From contig CAZRAC010000002.1 in the NCBI GenBank assembly GCA_964597995.1, positions 51-64,050 on the forward strand: 64,000 nt of DNA. Reading direction: 5' to 3'. A program made the position numbers and the translations under genes. Each line of letters starts with the position of its first letter. Within the stretch, counting starts at the first letter, position 1. This DNA is from an uncultured Syntrophaceae bacterium. GTDB lineage: Bacteria > Desulfobacterota > Syntrophia > Syntrophales > UBA4778. The notes under the pieces are model-generated. The model was not told the origin of the DNA, did no database searches, and saw only the letters and a list, made by a program, of their open reading frames with translations. Shown here one piece after another: positions 1-11,151 of the stretch.

Positions 1-40
1 TTTATTTATTGAGGGCTGAAGGCTAAACTTTACTACGGTC

Positions 41-1246
41 TCAGATTCCGGAGGCCATCTGGAAGATGGGCAGGTACATCGCTATGATCATCCCGCCCAC
101 GACGCCGCCCAGAAAGACCATCATGACCGGCTCGAGGAGGGACGTCATGGCCGACACGGCGGCATCCACCTCATCGTCATAAAAGTCGGCGATCTTGGCC
201 AACATGGTATCCAGGGCGCCGGTGTTCTCCCCCACGCTTATCATCTGCACGACCATCGGGGGGAATATCCCCGTATCCTTCAAGGGCTCCGCGATCGTCT
301 TGCCCTCACTGATGCTCCTCTTCGTAGTCTGGAGGGCTTCCTCGATGATGACGTTTCCCGCCGTCCGGCTGACGATGTCGAGACCCTCGACGATGGGCAC
401 GCCGCTCGCCATCATCGTGGAGAGGGTCCGCGAGAATTTGGCGACGGCAACCTTCTTGAGCAGGGGTCCGAAGATCGGGGCCTTGAGGATCATCCGGTCT
501 ACGAGGGTCCTTCCCCCCTTCGTCCGGTAAAATCGGCTGAAGGCGACCACAAGAAGCACCACGCCGCCGAGCATGTACAGAAAATAGTCCTGGGTGAACT
601 GGCTGGCATTGACGAGAAACTGGGTAGGCGCGGGTAGTGCCTTACCCATGCCTTCGAACATCTTCTGGAACACCGGGATGACCTTGAGGAGAAGCAGTGC
701 CACGACCGCAATGGAGATCAAAAGTACGCTGGCGGGATAGGTCATAGCGCCCTTGACGCGGCTCTTGAGCTTCATCGACTTTTCCATATATGTGGAGAGG
801 CGCTGGAGGATGGTGTCCAGGATGCCGCCAGCCTCCCCGGCAGCGATAAGGTTGACGAAGAGGTCGTCGAATATCTTCGGGTATTTTCTCATGGCGTCCG
901 TCAGTGTTGTGCCGCCTTCGATGTCTTCCTTGATCTTCTGGATCACCTTGGCAAAGGCCTTGTTCTTTTCCTGAGAGGCGAGCATCTCCAGACACTGGAT
1001 GATAGGGAGGCCGGCGTTGATCATCGTGGAAAACTGACGGGCGAAAACGACGACTTCCTTTTCCTTAACCCGCTGCTGGAAAAATGGTATGTACTCGAGG
1101 AGGTCTTTCGGTTTCTTCTTGACCTTGATGTCTCTGTAACCCCGCCTGCGGAGCTGGTTTCGCAGGGCGGCCTCGTCAGGGGCCTCCTGCTCCCCCTTTT
1201 TGACCTCGCCCTTCATAGTCCGCACTTCCCATAGATAAACCGGCAT
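41..1246 (-). CDS. pilC: Type IV pilus assembly platform protein (GspF/PilC family)
   Basis: 401-aa ORF with two GspF-type repeats (FARQFSTMINAGLPI and FSRTLSTMMASGVPI) and three hydrophobic TM stretches, the typical PilC layout. Confidence 0.85.
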   Translation of the reverse strand: MPVYLWEVRTMKGEVKKGEQEAPDEAALRNQLRRRGYRDIKVKKKPKDLLEYIPFFQQRVKEKEVVVFARQFSTMINAGLPIIQCLEMLASQEKNKAFAKVIQKIKEDIEGGTTLTDAMRKYPKIFDDLFVNLIAAGEAGGILDTILQRLSTYMEKSMKLKSRVKGAMTYPASVLLISIAVVALLLLKVIPVFQKMFEGMGKALPAPTQFLVNASQFTQDYFLYMLGGVVLLVVAFSRFYRTKGGRTLVDRMILKAPIFGPLLKKVAVAKFSRTLSTMMASGVPIVEGLDIVSRTAGNVIIEEALQTTKRSISEGKTIAEPLKDTGIFPPMVVQMISVGENTGALDTMLAKIADFYDDEVDAAVSAMTSLLEPVMMVFLGGVVGGMIIAMYLPIFQMASGI

Positions 1247-1271
1247 GGGACACTCCTATTCGGTAGTTTAG

Positions 1272-2081
1272 TCAAATGTTCTTGTCTGTCGAACGTGGGG
1301 TCACTCTATCGCGTTTTCTATAGATGTCAAAGAGGATGATCCCCGCTGCAACCGATACATTCAGCGAGTCGACGCCGCTTCCCATCGGTATGGAGACCAG
1401 GAAATCACACTTTTCCCTGATGAGCGGCCTGATCCCCTTTCCTTCGCTCCCCATGACGAGGCCGATGTTGCCGCGAAAGTTCACCTCGCGGATGTCCTCA
1501 CCGGACCCTGCCACAGCACCGTACACCCAGAAACCCTGTTCCTTGAGGAATTCGATGGTTTGAGCCAGATTTGTGACCCGGGCGATCGGTGTCCGCCGTG
1601 CCAAACCAGCGGAGGCCTTGACGACGGCCGATGTCACGGAAACCGCCCTCTTTTCCGGTATGATCAACCCGTTTACGTCAAAGCAATGAGCCGTCCTTAT
1701 CAGTGAGCCGAGATTCTGGGGGTCCGTGACGGAATCGAGGAGGAGGATCAGATTGTCTTTGTAGGAATCGGCTCGACGGCGAATGATGTCGTCAACGGCG
1801 ACGTAGGAAAATTCCGGGCAGAAACAGAGGACACCCTGGTGTACCGCCTTGCCCGTCAGACGGTCGAGATAACCTTTTTCCCGGAAAATGACCTCGATGC
1901 CCTTATCTTCGGCAAGCTTGAGCAACCTCTTGAGGGGTGCCCCGCCCCTGCCTTCAGCGATGACGAGGCCCTCCACCGTTCCGCTCTTCAATGCCTCGAG
2001 TACGGGATTGACGCCGTAAACAACTGCCATTTGTAAAACGACCCGATATCCATAGGATGAACGGCGACGGGCAGAGGACAC
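1272..2081 (-). CDS. rlmB: 23S rRNA 2'-O-ribose methyltransferase, SpoU/TrmH family (RlmB-like)
   Basis: 269-aa ORF with SpoU/TrmH motifs (LLLDSVTDPQNLGSLIRTA, GLVMGSEGKGIR, IPMGSGVDSLNVSVAAGIILF). Start is uncertain: GTG at 2081 or ATG at 2030 (MAVVYGVNPVLEAL). Confidence 0.8.
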   Translation of the reverse strand: MSSARRRSSYGYRVVLQMAVVYGVNPVLEALKSGTVEGLVIAEGRGGAPLKRLLKLAEDKGIEVIFREKGYLDRLTGKAVHQGVLCFCPEFSYVAVDDIIRRRADSYKDNLILLLDSVTDPQNLGSLIRTAHCFDVNGLIIPEKRAVSVTSAVVKASAGLARRTPIARVTNLAQTIEFLKEQGFWVYGAVAGSGEDIREVNFRGNIGLVMGSEGKGIRPLIREKCDFLVSIPMGSGVDSLNVSVAAGIILFDIYRKRDRVTPRSTDKNI

Positions 2082-2090
2082 CCTACTGTC

Positions 2091-2846
2091 TTATTTTTTT
2101 CCTCTGCTGGCCATGCCCGCGGCGATGGCTTCGACGATGCCGTCCGCCGCTGCAACGGGGTCCGGGGCCTCGAGGATCGGCCTGCCGACGACCAGGTAAT
2201 CGGCTCCTCTCCGTACGGCCTCCTCCGGTGTGACCACCCTTTTCTGGTCGTCCCTTTGCGTCGTCCCGCTCGTCCTGATGCCGGGGGTGACGATTACGAA
2301 GTCGCGGCCGCAGGCGTCACGGATGCTTTCTGCCTCCTGCGCCGACGCAACGACCCCGGAGACGCCGGCCTCTTTCGCCAATCGCGCGAGACGGACGACT
2401 AACTGTTGCGGCGAGGCCTTGTGAAAACCCAATTCTTCCATGTCCCCTTCGTTCAGGCTGGTCAGGACGGTCACCGCCAGGACCACGGGCATCGGAGAGC
2501 CCATCCGCTCGGAAACAGCCTTCGCGGCGCGGACGGCCTCTTCCATCATCTTGCGGCCCCCCAGGGCATGGAGGTTGAACATAGCGACGCCGAGCTTCGT
2601 CGCCGCCTCCGCGGCCCCCGCCACCGTGTTGGGGATGTCGTGAAATTTGAGGTCGAGAAAGACCTTGCCGCCCCTCTCCTGCACGCTCTTGACTATTGCC
2701 GGCCCGAAGGATGTGAAGGCCTCTTTCCCGACCTTGAACATCCCCACGTGGCCCTTCAATCGACCAACCCACGACAATGCATCCTCGACATCACCGCCCA
2801 CATCCAGGGCGAGGATCAGCCGGCTCCGGGCAGCTTCGCTACTCAA
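2091..2846 (-). CDS. pyrF: Orotidine 5'-phosphate decarboxylase
   Basis: The ORF track gives 2091-2912. OMP decarboxylase motifs are present ([27 protein letters not shown]). The first 22 codons overlap rpoZ, so I place the start at the in-frame TTG at 2846, which overlaps the rpoZ stop. The start is an inference. Confidence 0.8.
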   Translation of the reverse strand: MSSEAARSRLILALDVGGDVEDALSWVGRLKGHVGMFKVGKEAFTSFGPAIVKSVQERGGKVFLDLKFHDIPNTVAGAAEAATKLGVAMFNLHALGGRKMMEEAVRAAKAVSERMGSPMPVVLAVTVLTSLNEGDMEELGFHKASPQQLVVRLARLAKEAGVSGVVASAQEAESIRDACGRDFVIVTPGIRTSGTTQRDDQKRVVTPEEAVRRGADYLVVGRPILEAPDPVAAADGIVEAIAAGMASRGKK

Positions 2847-3108
2847 TCTCCTCTTCCTCGCCGACAAATTCGGTGTAATCTTCGATCGCCAGTCGTTCTT
2901 CCTGCACGGCAATCAGGTATTCGGGGTGAGCGTACCTGACCTTACCCGCGGCGATCTCCCGGAGTGCGGTGACGACCTCGCGGTTGTCCGTCTTGACCAG
3001 CGGCTTGGCCCCCTTGAGTAACTGCCTTGTCCTCTGGGCCGCCAGTATAACAAGGGCGAACCTATTCTTTGCCTCCCTGAGGCAATCTTCTACGGTAATC
3101 CTCGCCAT
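2839..3108 (-). CDS. rpoZ: DNA-directed RNA polymerase subunit omega
   Basis: 89 aa. The N-terminus [30 protein letters not shown] is the RpoZ signature. The conserved gmk-rpoZ order is present. Confidence 0.9.
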   Translation of the reverse strand: MARITVEDCLREAKNRFALVILAAQRTRQLLKGAKPLVKTDNREVVTALREIAAGKVRYAHPEYLIAVQEERLAIEDYTEFVGEEEEIE

Positions 3109-3140
3109 ATTTTTTGAAACCTCCGATATCCTTCGTATAT

Positions 3141-3761
3141 TTAATCATTCTGCCCGATGAACGGGGTGATTTCCTTCACCAATCTTTCTCGCCTGCTCTT
3201 TTCCGCCAGATAGACGGCCCTCAGGCGGTCGACGGATTCTTCTATCTTCCGGTTGAAGATAACATAATCATACCAGAAAACTTCCTTGATCTCTGCCGTC
3301 GCCTTCTCGAGACGCCTCTTCAATGCCTCCGGTGACTCGGAGCCCCTGCCCCTCAGGCGTCTTTTCAGAACCTCCAGGGACGGCGGCAGCACAAACACGA
3401 AGACTCCCCCAGGGTATCTCTCCTTCAGGGCCTTCGCGCCCCGGGAGTCTACGTCAAATATGATATCATAGCCTCTACGAAGATAATTCTCCACCTCTTT
3501 TCGGGGGGTCCCGTAGAGATGACCGTAATTCTCCGCCCATTCGATGAAGGCCTCTTTTTTTATCATCCTGCGAAAGGTTTTCTCGTCGACGAATACGTAG
3601 TCCCGGCCGTTGACCTCACCGGGTCTGGGCGGTCGCGTCGTGTAGGAAACAGAATAACGTAGGCAGGGAAACATCTTCAGCACCTCCTTGCATATCGAGG
3701 TCTTCCCGGCCCCGGACGGCGCCGACACGGCGATATAGATGGGTTCGTTCTTCTTCGGCAT
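3141..3761 (-). CDS. gmk: Guanylate kinase
   Basis: 206 aa with P-loop [10 protein letters not shown] and the guanylate kinase signature [22 protein letters not shown]. Confidence 0.92.
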   Translation of the reverse strand: MPKKNEPIYIAVSAPSGAGKTSICKEVLKMFPCLRYSVSYTTRPPRPGEVNGRDYVFVDEKTFRRMIKKEAFIEWAENYGHLYGTPRKEVENYLRRGYDIIFDVDSRGAKALKERYPGGVFVFVLPPSLEVLKRRLRGRGSESPEALKRRLEKATAEIKEVFWYDYVIFNRKIEESVDRLRAVYLAEKSRRERLVKEITPFIGQND

Positions 3762-3765
3762 CCCT

Positions 3766-4647
3766 CTACTCTATGTTCTGAACCTGTTCCCTCAGCCGGG
3801 AGAGTTCGCTCTTGATCTCCACGACCTGTCGGGAGATCTCGGCGTCGTTGCTCTTCGAACCAATGGTGTTCACCTCACGGTTCATCTCCTGGAGGAGGAA
3901 GTCCAACTTCCGTCCCACGGCCTCGCCGCTCTTCAGCATCTCTGCGAACTGATCCATGTGGCTCTTGAAGCGGACGATCTCTTCCGTGATGTCCATCCGG
4001 TCCGCCATGATTGCCACCTCCTGGCTCACCCTCGATTCGTCGATTTCCGCCGAGCATAGGAGTTCCTTCACCCGGTCGGAGAGCTTCTTGTGGTACTCCG
4101 TCACTACCTGGGGTACCCGGGAAGCGATGACGTCGAGACTCCGCCCAATGGCATCCATCCGCCGGTCGAAGTCCCTGCAGATGACCTCCCCTTCCTTTTC
4201 CCGCATGGCCGTCAGTGCGTCCAGCGCCCCGTCGAGGACTCCTTCCAGCGCTGCCCACGCAGCCTCGAGGTTAACTTCGACCTCCGGGTAGATGAAGGCG
4301 TCTTTGAAACCGGTGAGCATACCTATGGTGATCTCATCCCTCAAGCCCAACGCCTCTTTCATCCGACTCAAGAGAGAATGGTAATGCCTGATCATCGGCA
4401 TATTGAGGTCGATCATGGCGCCCACCTGGTCGGCGTCGGAGTCCGCTTTCACCCCGACCTCTATCCTCCCCCTGGATAACTTCTCGCCTACCTTCTTCTT
4501 CACTTCCCCCTCGAGGGGCTGGAGTGAAGCCGGTAGTCGAACAAATATCTCCAAGAACCGGTGGTTGAGAGACTTGACCTCGACCACCCACTTCTTGCCG
4601 TCCTGGACCGCCTCCGCCCTTCCGTACCCGGTCATGCTCTTGATCAT
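3766..4647 (-). CDS. yicC: YicC family stress-induced protein
   Basis: 293 aa. N-terminal MTGYGRAE and C-terminal DFLLQEMNREVNTIGSKS are the YicC_N / DUF1732 hallmarks. Confidence 0.85.
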   Translation of the reverse strand: MIKSMTGYGRAEAVQDGKKWVVEVKSLNHRFLEIFVRLPASLQPLEGEVKKKVGEKLSRGRIEVGVKADSDADQVGAMIDLNMPMIRHYHSLLSRMKEALGLRDEITIGMLTGFKDAFIYPEVEVNLEAAWAALEGVLDGALDALTAMREKEGEVICRDFDRRMDAIGRSLDVIASRVPQVVTEYHKKLSDRVKELLCSAEIDESRVSQEVAIMADRMDITEEIVRFKSHMDQFAEMLKSGEAVGRKLDFLLQEMNREVNTIGSKSNDAEISRQVVEIKSELSRLREQVQNIE

Positions 4648-4654
4648 GGTCGTC

Positions 4655-5185
4655 TCATCGTCTCTCTTTCAGTTGGAAGACATACTTTCTTCTTAGTTTC
4701 GTTAAGATGTCGATCGTTTCCTTGCTCCTGTAGTCCGGGTACGTCCACTCCAGGGGACGGAATTCCTTGTCCCGGTAGATCAACGTCAGGTCCGCGTAGA
4801 CACCGTCGCGAAGGTAGGGTCGGTGGGCGTAACCCTTCCCCGTCGCAAGAATCAGGTGGAACTCGGAGAGGTAACCCGGGTCTACATTCACGCCCCGCCT
4901 TCCCGCGGAGGCAAAGTGGCCCTCGAGACCGTTGGTAAAAAGCTTGACCTCGGGAAGAAACGAGGGGTCGATTAGCCCTTCGAAGGAGACGAACCTCCTC
5001 ACAAGGGGCCAGCCCATCTCCTCCCGGTAATAATCCGTGTAATCGAAGGGGATGAACCGGCTGAGGTAGTCGGTCGACCCGAATTCCTCGGACATAAGCC
5101 TCAGGGCTTCACCGATGAGTTCCTTCCTGGGGGAGAAGATGCTTGCCACCAGTTTGACGGGCCTTGGCTCTTTCGGCTGACTCAC
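4655..5185 (-). CDS. DUF4416 family protein
   Basis: 176 aa. The pattern YYREEMGWPL ... VNVDPGYL ... LILATGKGYAHRPYL ... WTYPDYRS matches my memory of DUF4416. No function is known. Confidence 0.55.
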   Translation of the reverse strand: MSQPKEPRPVKLVASIFSPRKELIGEALRLMSEEFGSTDYLSRFIPFDYTDYYREEMGWPLVRRFVSFEGLIDPSFLPEVKLFTNGLEGHFASAGRRGVNVDPGYLSEFHLILATGKGYAHRPYLRDGVYADLTLIYRDKEFRPLEWTYPDYRSKETIDILTKLRRKYVFQLKERR

Positions 5186-6183
5186 AAAGACCCCACGAGC
5201 TCTTCCCGCGTCACCGTTGCCGTCCCCACCTTTCCGACCGCGATCCCCGCCGCCTGGTTGGCCAGCACTGCTGCCTCCCTGAACGAAGCTCCCGCGGCGA
5301 TGGAAAGGGCAAAAACGCCTATCGCCGTGTCTCCTGCCCCGGTCACGTCGAACACTTCTCTGGCAACGGTGGGGATGTGGGTGATACCACCGTTTCTCTC
5401 GTACAGACTCATCCCCTCCTCACCCCGGGTGATGAGGATCGCTTTCAACTGGAGTCGGTCCATGAGGTGTTCGGCGGCCCGGCTGACCTCGGCTTCCTTC
5501 AAGGCGAATTCACCGTTGATGTCTTCGACCCCGAGGGCCGACTCGGCCTCGTGGTGATTGGGCGTGATCACATCGAACCCGCGATAGAGAGAGAAGTCGC
5601 TGTGCTTCGGGTCGACACAGGTCACTACGCCGCTTCCCTGCATGATTTTCCGGATACCGTCGAGGAGCGGGCCGGATACCATTCCCTTGTTGTAGTCCGA
5701 TATCACAACGGCCCCCAGTTCGTCGCGTTTCTTTTGTATGTACTCGAGGACTCTCTCTACACTCGCCTGCCGGACGGGCTGTCTGCTCTCCCGGTCGAAC
5801 CGAACCACCTGCTGACTGTGGGCGACGATCCTTGTCTTTATCGTCGTGGGCCGGTCGTCCTCGACGACGATACCGTCGGTGTCCACCTTCAACCTTCCCA
5901 GTTCATCCAAAAGCCAGCGTCCCATCCCGTCGTCGCCGATCACGCCGCAGACAAAGACCTTCCCGCCCAGGGCGATGACATTGTTCATGACATTCGCGGA
6001 ACCCCCCAGCAGGTGGCTTTCCCGTCCGACCTCCACGACGGGCACGGGCGCCTCGGGCGATATCCGGGAGACCTTGCCCCATATGAAGTGGTCAACCATG
6101 ACATCGCCGACGACCAAGACCGTGGCGTGCGAAAAATCGTCCACGATCTGCCTCGCCTTCCTGGCGTTCAGGATCTTCATCAT
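5182..6183 (-). CDS. hldA: D-glycero-beta-D-manno-heptose-7-phosphate kinase (RfaE domain I / HldA type, PfkB family)
   Basis: PfkB ribokinase-like motifs (VLVVGDVMVDHFIWG, DVTGAGDT, GTATVT). The ORF track starts at 6219. I prefer ATG at 6183, which forms an ATGA overlap with the galE stop. Confidence 0.8.
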   Translation of the reverse strand: MMKILNARKARQIVDDFSHATVLVVGDVMVDHFIWGKVSRISPEAPVPVVEVGRESHLLGGSANVMNNVIALGGKVFVCGVIGDDGMGRWLLDELGRLKVDTDGIVVEDDRPTTIKTRIVAHSQQVVRFDRESRQPVRQASVERVLEYIQKKRDELGAVVISDYNKGMVSGPLLDGIRKIMQGSGVVTCVDPKHSDFSLYRGFDVITPNHHEAESALGVEDINGEFALKEAEVSRAAEHLMDRLQLKAILITRGEEGMSLYERNGGITHIPTVAREVFDVTGAGDTAIGVFALSIAAGASFREAAVLANQAAGIAVGKVGTATVTREELVGSL

Positions 6184-7160
6184 GATCTTCCCCCGAACCT
6201 CCTCCGATGCCATTCCCACGCCGTCTCGACGATAACGTCTAGGTCACCGAAACGGGGCCTCCATCCCAGGTCCCTCGATATCCTCTCGGAACTTGCGACA
6301 AGCCTCGCCGGGTCGCCCCGCCTCCGGCCGCTGTCTCTCGCCCTGATTTTCTTCCCCGTCACCCGCTCGGCAGCCCTGATGACCTCGCGAACCGAGCAAC
6401 CCTTTCCGTTTCCGAGGTTGTAGATACCGGACTTTCCGCCTCTTTCGAGGTGTTCCAAGGCCAGGATGTGTGCCTCTGCCAGGTCCGTCACGTGGATGTA
6501 ATCCCGGACGCAGGTGCCGTCGGGTGTGTCGTAGTCGGTGCCGAAGATCGTCACCTCTTCTCGTCTACCCAGGGCAGCGTCAAGTATCAACGGGATAAGG
6601 TGGGTTTCCGGGTCATGGTCCTCCCCAATAAGGCCGTCCGGGTCGGCCCCCGCCGCATTGAAGTACCGGAGGGATAAGTACTCGAGGCCGTAAGTAGGCG
6701 CATATTTCGACAGGATGTTCTCCATGATCAGTTTCGTCTGACCGTATACGTTGACCGGTTCCACAGGATGGCCTTCGTCTATGGGCAACCGCAACGGTTC
6801 TCCGTAGACCGCGGCGCTCGAGGAGAAGACGATCTTTCGGACCCCCGCAGCGAGCATGGCGTCGAGCATACGGATGCCGTTGACGACGTTATTCATGTAA
6901 TAACGGCGGGGGTCTTCTTCCGACTCGCCCACGAGACTATGGGCGGCAAAATGAAGGACCGCCTTGACGCCGTAATTCCTGAAAATTTCGGCGAGGAGAC
7001 CCGTATCCGAGAGGTCCCCCTCGATGAACTTTCCCCACTTAACCGCTTCCCGGTGGCCCCTGGAGAGGTTGTCGAAGGTGACGGTGTCGTAACCCCGTTC
7101 GTGGAGCACCTTCACCGTGTGGGAACCGATGTATCCCGCACCGCCGGTAACAAGTATCAT
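6180..7160 (-). CDS. galE: UDP-glucose 4-epimerase
   Basis: 326 aa with Rossmann motif [14 protein letters not shown] and the SDR YxxxK motif (YGQTKLIME), GalE-like throughout. ATGA overlap with the upstream gene. Confidence 0.85.
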   Translation of the reverse strand: MILVTGGAGYIGSHTVKVLHERGYDTVTFDNLSRGHREAVKWGKFIEGDLSDTGLLAEIFRNYGVKAVLHFAAHSLVGESEEDPRRYYMNNVVNGIRMLDAMLAAGVRKIVFSSSAAVYGEPLRLPIDEGHPVEPVNVYGQTKLIMENILSKYAPTYGLEYLSLRYFNAAGADPDGLIGEDHDPETHLIPLILDAALGRREEVTIFGTDYDTPDGTCVRDYIHVTDLAEAHILALEHLERGGKSGIYNLGNGKGCSVREVIRAAERVTGKKIRARDSGRRRGDPARLVASSERISRDLGWRPRFGDLDVIVETAWEWHRRRFGGRS

Positions 7161-8149
7161 GAAGCCCTTTCCTTGAAGTAGGCGAACACCCTCCTGAGAC
7201 CCTCGTCCAATGGCACCTTAGGCTCCCACCCGAGGACGCGTCTTGCCTTAGAGATGTCGGGTTGTCTTACTTTCGGGTCGTCCACGGGGAGGTCCTTGAA
7301 GACGATCTTCTTCCCGCCCCCGCAGAACCCGGAGACCTTTTCCGCAAGCAAAAGGATAGTCATTTCCTGGGGGTTGCCCAGGTTGACGGGTTCGACTTCA
7401 CCGGAGTTCAGGAGGCGCCAGAGGCCCTCCACCAGGTCATCGACGTAGCAGAAACTGCGGGTCTGCCGTCCGTCTCCGAAAACGGTCAGGTCCTCTCCCC
7501 TGAGGGCCTGCCTCATGAAGGTCGGGAGGGCGCGGCCGTCGTCGAGCCGCATCCTTGTACCATAAGTATTGAATATCCTGGCAATCCTCGTATCGAGGCC
7601 ATGGTAACGGTGATAGGCCATGGTCATTGCTTCCGCGAAGCGCTTTGCTTCGTCGTAGACCCCCCGCGGCCCGATGGGGTTGACGTTTCCCCAGTAATCC
7701 TCGGACTGGGGGTGCACAAGCGGGTCTCCGTAACACTCCGACGTGGAGGCAAGGAGAAACTTCGCCCCTTTTGCCTTCGCCAGGCCCAAGGCCTTGTGGG
7801 TTCCGAGAGAGCCAACCTTCAGCGTCTGGATCGGCAGCCTGAGGTAGTCGATCGGGCTTGCCGGCGATGCGAAATGAAGGATGTTGTCGACCCTGCCCTC
7901 CACGTAGATATACTCGGTAACGTCATGCTTGATAAAAGAGAACCTTTCGTTTCCGAAGAGATGGGCGACGTTGTCGATGTTGCCCGTGATCAGGTTGTCC
8001 ATGCAGATGACGGCGTGCCCCTTTTCGAGGAAAAAATCGCAGAGGTGGCTTCCGAGGAAACCAGCCCCTCCGGTAATCAGTGTCCGCTCGACTTCGGGCG
8101 GAAGATGCCGGGTGCTATTTCCTCGGGATGTTCTATCGTTTTCCTTCAT
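7157..8149 (-). CDS. UDP-glucuronate decarboxylase (UDP-xylose synthase-like extended SDR)
   Basis: 330 aa with [20 protein letters not shown] (YxxxK), and UXS-like segments ([32 protein letters not shown]). Confidence 0.75.
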   Translation of the reverse strand: MKENDRTSRGNSTRHLPPEVERTLITGGAGFLGSHLCDFFLEKGHAVICMDNLITGNIDNVAHLFGNERFSFIKHDVTEYIYVEGRVDNILHFASPASPIDYLRLPIQTLKVGSLGTHKALGLAKAKGAKFLLASTSECYGDPLVHPQSEDYWGNVNPIGPRGVYDEAKRFAEAMTMAYHRYHGLDTRIARIFNTYGTRMRLDDGRALPTFMRQALRGEDLTVFGDGRQTRSFCYVDDLVEGLWRLLNSGEVEPVNLGNPQEMTILLLAEKVSGFCGGGKKIVFKDLPVDDPKVRQPDISKARRVLGWEPKVPLDEGLRRVFAYFKERAS

Positions 8150-8348
8150 GTCCGGTAATCTGACCTATGCTGAAAGCCGGGCTCAGACCTTCCTTTGGCA
8201 CTCTATGTCTCTGAAACAGGATAACGAATGCTATTATCAGGGCCTTTCTTTGTCAACGACTTTCTCCCTAAAAAACAAGTTCTTTCTTGACTTAATCCTA
8301 AAAACGATATAGCCATATTAACTTTACTTAAAGCTGTAAGGTGCCAAG

Positions 8349-9881
8349 GTGCTGATGAAAGAAAAGGAAAGCGACTTTCTCAGGTCACGACGGGAAAAGA
8401 TAGAGAGCCTCAAGGCCGAGGGCATCGAGCTCTACCCGAACGACGTCAAGGTTTCCGATACCGCCGCCGGTATCCTGGCCAGACTCGGCGGCCTGGACAA
8501 CGACGCCCTGAGCAGAATATCCGACCGTTTCTCGCTTGCCGGCCGTATGATGGCGATCAGAGACTTCGGAAAGGGGGCATTTGTCAGCCTCCAGGACCGG
8601 ACAGGCCGGATACAGGTCTTCTTGCGGAAGGACCGCCTCGGCGAAAAGACCTTTTCCCTCTTCAAGAAACTGGATGTCGGGGACATCGTCTACGTCGCCG
8701 GTAAGGCCTTCCGGACCAGGACAAACGAGTTGACGATCGACGCGGATGAGTTCAGGCTTCTTTCCAAGGCGGTAAGGGCGTTGCCCGAGAAGTGGCATGG
8801 ACTGACGGACACGGAGGTGAGATACCGGCAGCGTTATCTCGACCTGATAGTCAACCCGAAGGTTGCCGACGTCTTCAAGAAGCGAAGCCGCATCATCGAG
8901 ATAATCCGCCAGTTCATGAAAGAGCGCGATTTTCTTGAAGTAGAGACGCCTATGATGCAGTACATGGCCGGTGGGGCGGCCGCCCGTCCTTTCAAGACCT
9001 ACCACAACACCCTCGACATGGAGTTTTATCTGCGGATAGCCCCGGAACTTTACCTGAAACGTCTTCTTGTCGGCGGGATGGAGCGGGTTTACGAAATCAA
9101 CCGCAATTTCCGCAATGAAGGGGTTTCTTCCTCCCATAACCCCGAGTTCACGATGATGGAATTCTACCTGGCCTACGCCACTTACGAAGACCTCATGGTT
9201 ATGACGGAAGAGTTGATAACGCGCATCTGCCTTGAGCTTTTCGGTTCCCTCAAGATCACATACCAGGGGCAGGAGCTGGACTTCAGCCGTCCCTGGAGAC
9301 GGTTTACAGTCAAGGAGGCCCTCGTGGAGTTCGGCGGCGTCGAGCCTACCGTCCTCGAAGACCGGAACAAGGCCGTGGCTTACGCTAAGAGCCTGAAACT
9401 GGACGTCGATGACATGCCCCTCGGGAAAGTCATCATGGCCCTTTTCGACGAAACCGTCGAACCCAACCTCGTGCAGCCGACCTTCATCACCGGTTACCCC
9501 GTAGAGGTTTCTCCCCTGGCGAGGAGAAACGCCTCGGACCCTTCCCTCGTCGACCGCTTCGAGCTTTACATCGCCGGGAAGGAGATCGCCAACGCCTTCT
9601 CTGAACTCAACGACCCCGTAGATCAGCGGGAACGTTTTCTGATGCAACTGAAAGAGCGCGAGGCGGGGGATGAAGAGGCCCATGGGATGGACTACGATTA
9701 CATCCGCGCCCTCGAGTACGGGATGCCGCCCGCGGCGGGAGAGGGAATCGGGATCGACCGGCTGGTGATGATCCTGACCGACTCGGCCTCGATCAGAGAC
9801 GTGATCCTCTTCCCCCACATGAGGGTTAAGGACGAGGCAAGAAAGGAGGAAGACGACGAACCCGGAGTGATCGAGGGTTGA
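8349..9881 (+). CDS. lysS: Lysine--tRNA ligase (class II)
   Basis: 510 aa with an N-terminal OB-fold region and class II motifs (YEINRNFRNEG, GIGIDRLVMILT). GTG at 8349 or ATG at 8355. Confidence 0.93.
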   Translation: MLMKEKESDFLRSRREKIESLKAEGIELYPNDVKVSDTAAGILARLGGLDNDALSRISDRFSLAGRMMAIRDFGKGAFVSLQDRTGRIQVFLRKDRLGEKTFSLFKKLDVGDIVYVAGKAFRTRTNELTIDADEFRLLSKAVRALPEKWHGLTDTEVRYRQRYLDLIVNPKVADVFKKRSRIIEIIRQFMKERDFLEVETPMMQYMAGGAAARPFKTYHNTLDMEFYLRIAPELYLKRLLVGGMERVYEINRNFRNEGVSSSHNPEFTMMEFYLAYATYEDLMVMTEELITRICLELFGSLKITYQGQELDFSRPWRRFTVKEALVEFGGVEPTVLEDRNKAVAYAKSLKLDVDDMPLGKVIMALFDETVEPNLVQPTFITGYPVEVSPLARRNASDPSLVDRFELYIAGKEIANAFSELNDPVDQRERFLMQLKEREAGDEEAHGMDYDYIRALEYGMPPAAGEGIGIDRLVMILTDSASIRDVILFPHMRVKDEARKEEDDEPGVIEG

Positions 9882-11140
9882 CCGGAAGCCGTATGGGATA
9901 CGAACTATTCATCAGCCTCAGGTATCTCCGCGCCAAAAGGAAGCAGATATTTCTCTCGATCATCACCGTCATCTCGATTTGCGGTATATTCCTGGGGGTG
10001 GCGGCGCTGATCATCGTGCTCGCCGTCATGAACGGCTTCGAGACGGAGCTGCGGGACAAGATCCTCGGCATGAACTCCCACGTCGTCGTGATGGGGTACA
10101 CCGGGCCGGTCAAGGACTTCGAAAGGGTCAGGGAAAAGGTCGATTCGGTCAAAGGGGTGGTCGCCTCCACGCCTTTCATCTACAGCCAGGTGATGCTGAA
10201 GAGCGGAAGCCATGTCAGCGGTGTGGTGCTGAGGGGACTGGAACCGGAGGACGCCCTCAAGGTGATAAACGTGGGGAAGATGGTCGAAGGCAGCCTCAGC
10301 CGCCTTTCGGAGAGAGGGCGGACCGGACCCGGTATCGTCGTCGGGAAGGAGTTGGCAAAAAACCTCGGGCTTTCACTCGGTGACCCTGTGGACATCGTCG
10401 CCCCGATGGGGATCACGACACCCATGGGCATGGTACCCAAGATGAGACGTTTCGAGGTAGTCGGTATCTTCGATTCGGGCTTTTACGAGTACGACTCTTC
10501 CCTTGCCTGCATCTCCCTCAAGGAAAGTCAGGACTTTCTCGGGATGCAAGGCATGGTGACAGGGTTGGAAGTCAAGGTGGACGACATCTTCAGGGCTAAG
10601 GAGATTGCCCGGGCGATCGAGCTCGAGCTCGGCTTTCCCTTCTGGGTGCGGGACTGGATGCAGATGAACAAGAACCTTTTCTCGGCGCTCAAACTCGAGA
10701 AACGGGTGATGTTCATCATCTTGACGTTGATCGTCCTCGTCGCCGCCTTCAACATAGTCACCGCGCTGATCATGCTCGTCATGGAGAAGACGAGGGACAT
10801 CGCTATCCTGAAATCCATGGGAGCGACGTCCAAAAGCATCATGAAGATATTCATCTTTCAGGGGGTTGTTATCGGCACCATCGGGACGATCTTGGGTTGC
10901 GCCGGCGGACTGGCCGTTGCCCTTAATCTGGAGAGAATATCCCTGTTCGTCGAGAAGACCTTCGGGTTCAAGATCCTTCCCGGGGACGTCTATTATCTCA
11001 ATGCCTTGCCCTCGCAGGTGAACTACGGAGACGTCGCCGTGATCGTCGTTGGAACGATGGTGATCAGCTTCCTGGCAACGATCTACCCCTCCAGGCGGGC
11101 AGCCCGGCTCGACCCGGCCGAGGCGCTGAGATACGAATAA
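9878..11140 (+). CDS. lolC: Lipoprotein-releasing ABC transporter permease (LolC/LolE family)
   Basis: 420 aa with the N-terminus [14 protein letters not shown], a large periplasmic loop, and a C-terminal FtsX-type TM bundle. Start is TTG at 9878 (overlapping the lysS stop) or ATG at 9893. Confidence 0.85.
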   Translation: MTGSRMGYELFISLRYLRAKRKQIFLSIITVISICGIFLGVAALIIVLAVMNGFETELRDKILGMNSHVVVMGYTGPVKDFERVREKVDSVKGVVASTPFIYSQVMLKSGSHVSGVVLRGLEPEDALKVINVGKMVEGSLSRLSERGRTGPGIVVGKELAKNLGLSLGDPVDIVAPMGITTPMGMVPKMRRFEVVGIFDSGFYEYDSSLACISLKESQDFLGMQGMVTGLEVKVDDIFRAKEIARAIELELGFPFWVRDWMQMNKNLFSALKLEKRVMFIILTLIVLVAAFNIVTALIMLVMEKTRDIAILKSMGATSKSIMKIFIFQGVVIGTIGTILGCAGGLAVALNLERISLFVEKTFGFKILPGDVYYLNALPSQVNYGDVAVIVVGTMVISFLATIYPSRRAARLDPAEALRYE

Positions 11141-11151
11141 GAAAGCTCGTC

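Noticed and set aside
5164-6423. 419-aa plus-strand ORF across hldA/galE.
   Set aside because: It is antisense to two well-supported genes and has no motifs. This is typical stop-codon-poor antisense reading.
8287-8313. TTGACT ... TATAGC as a lysS promoter in the AT-rich divergent spacer.
   Set aside because: The spacer is only 15 nt and no better -10 sits at the correct distance. The evidence is too weak to report as a feature.
8385-9818. 477-aa ORF antisense to lysS.
   Set aside because: It lies fully inside and opposite a confidently identified lysS. Its composition is rich in Gly, Arg, Val and Pro, as expected for an antisense frame in high-G+C DNA, and it has no recognisable motif.
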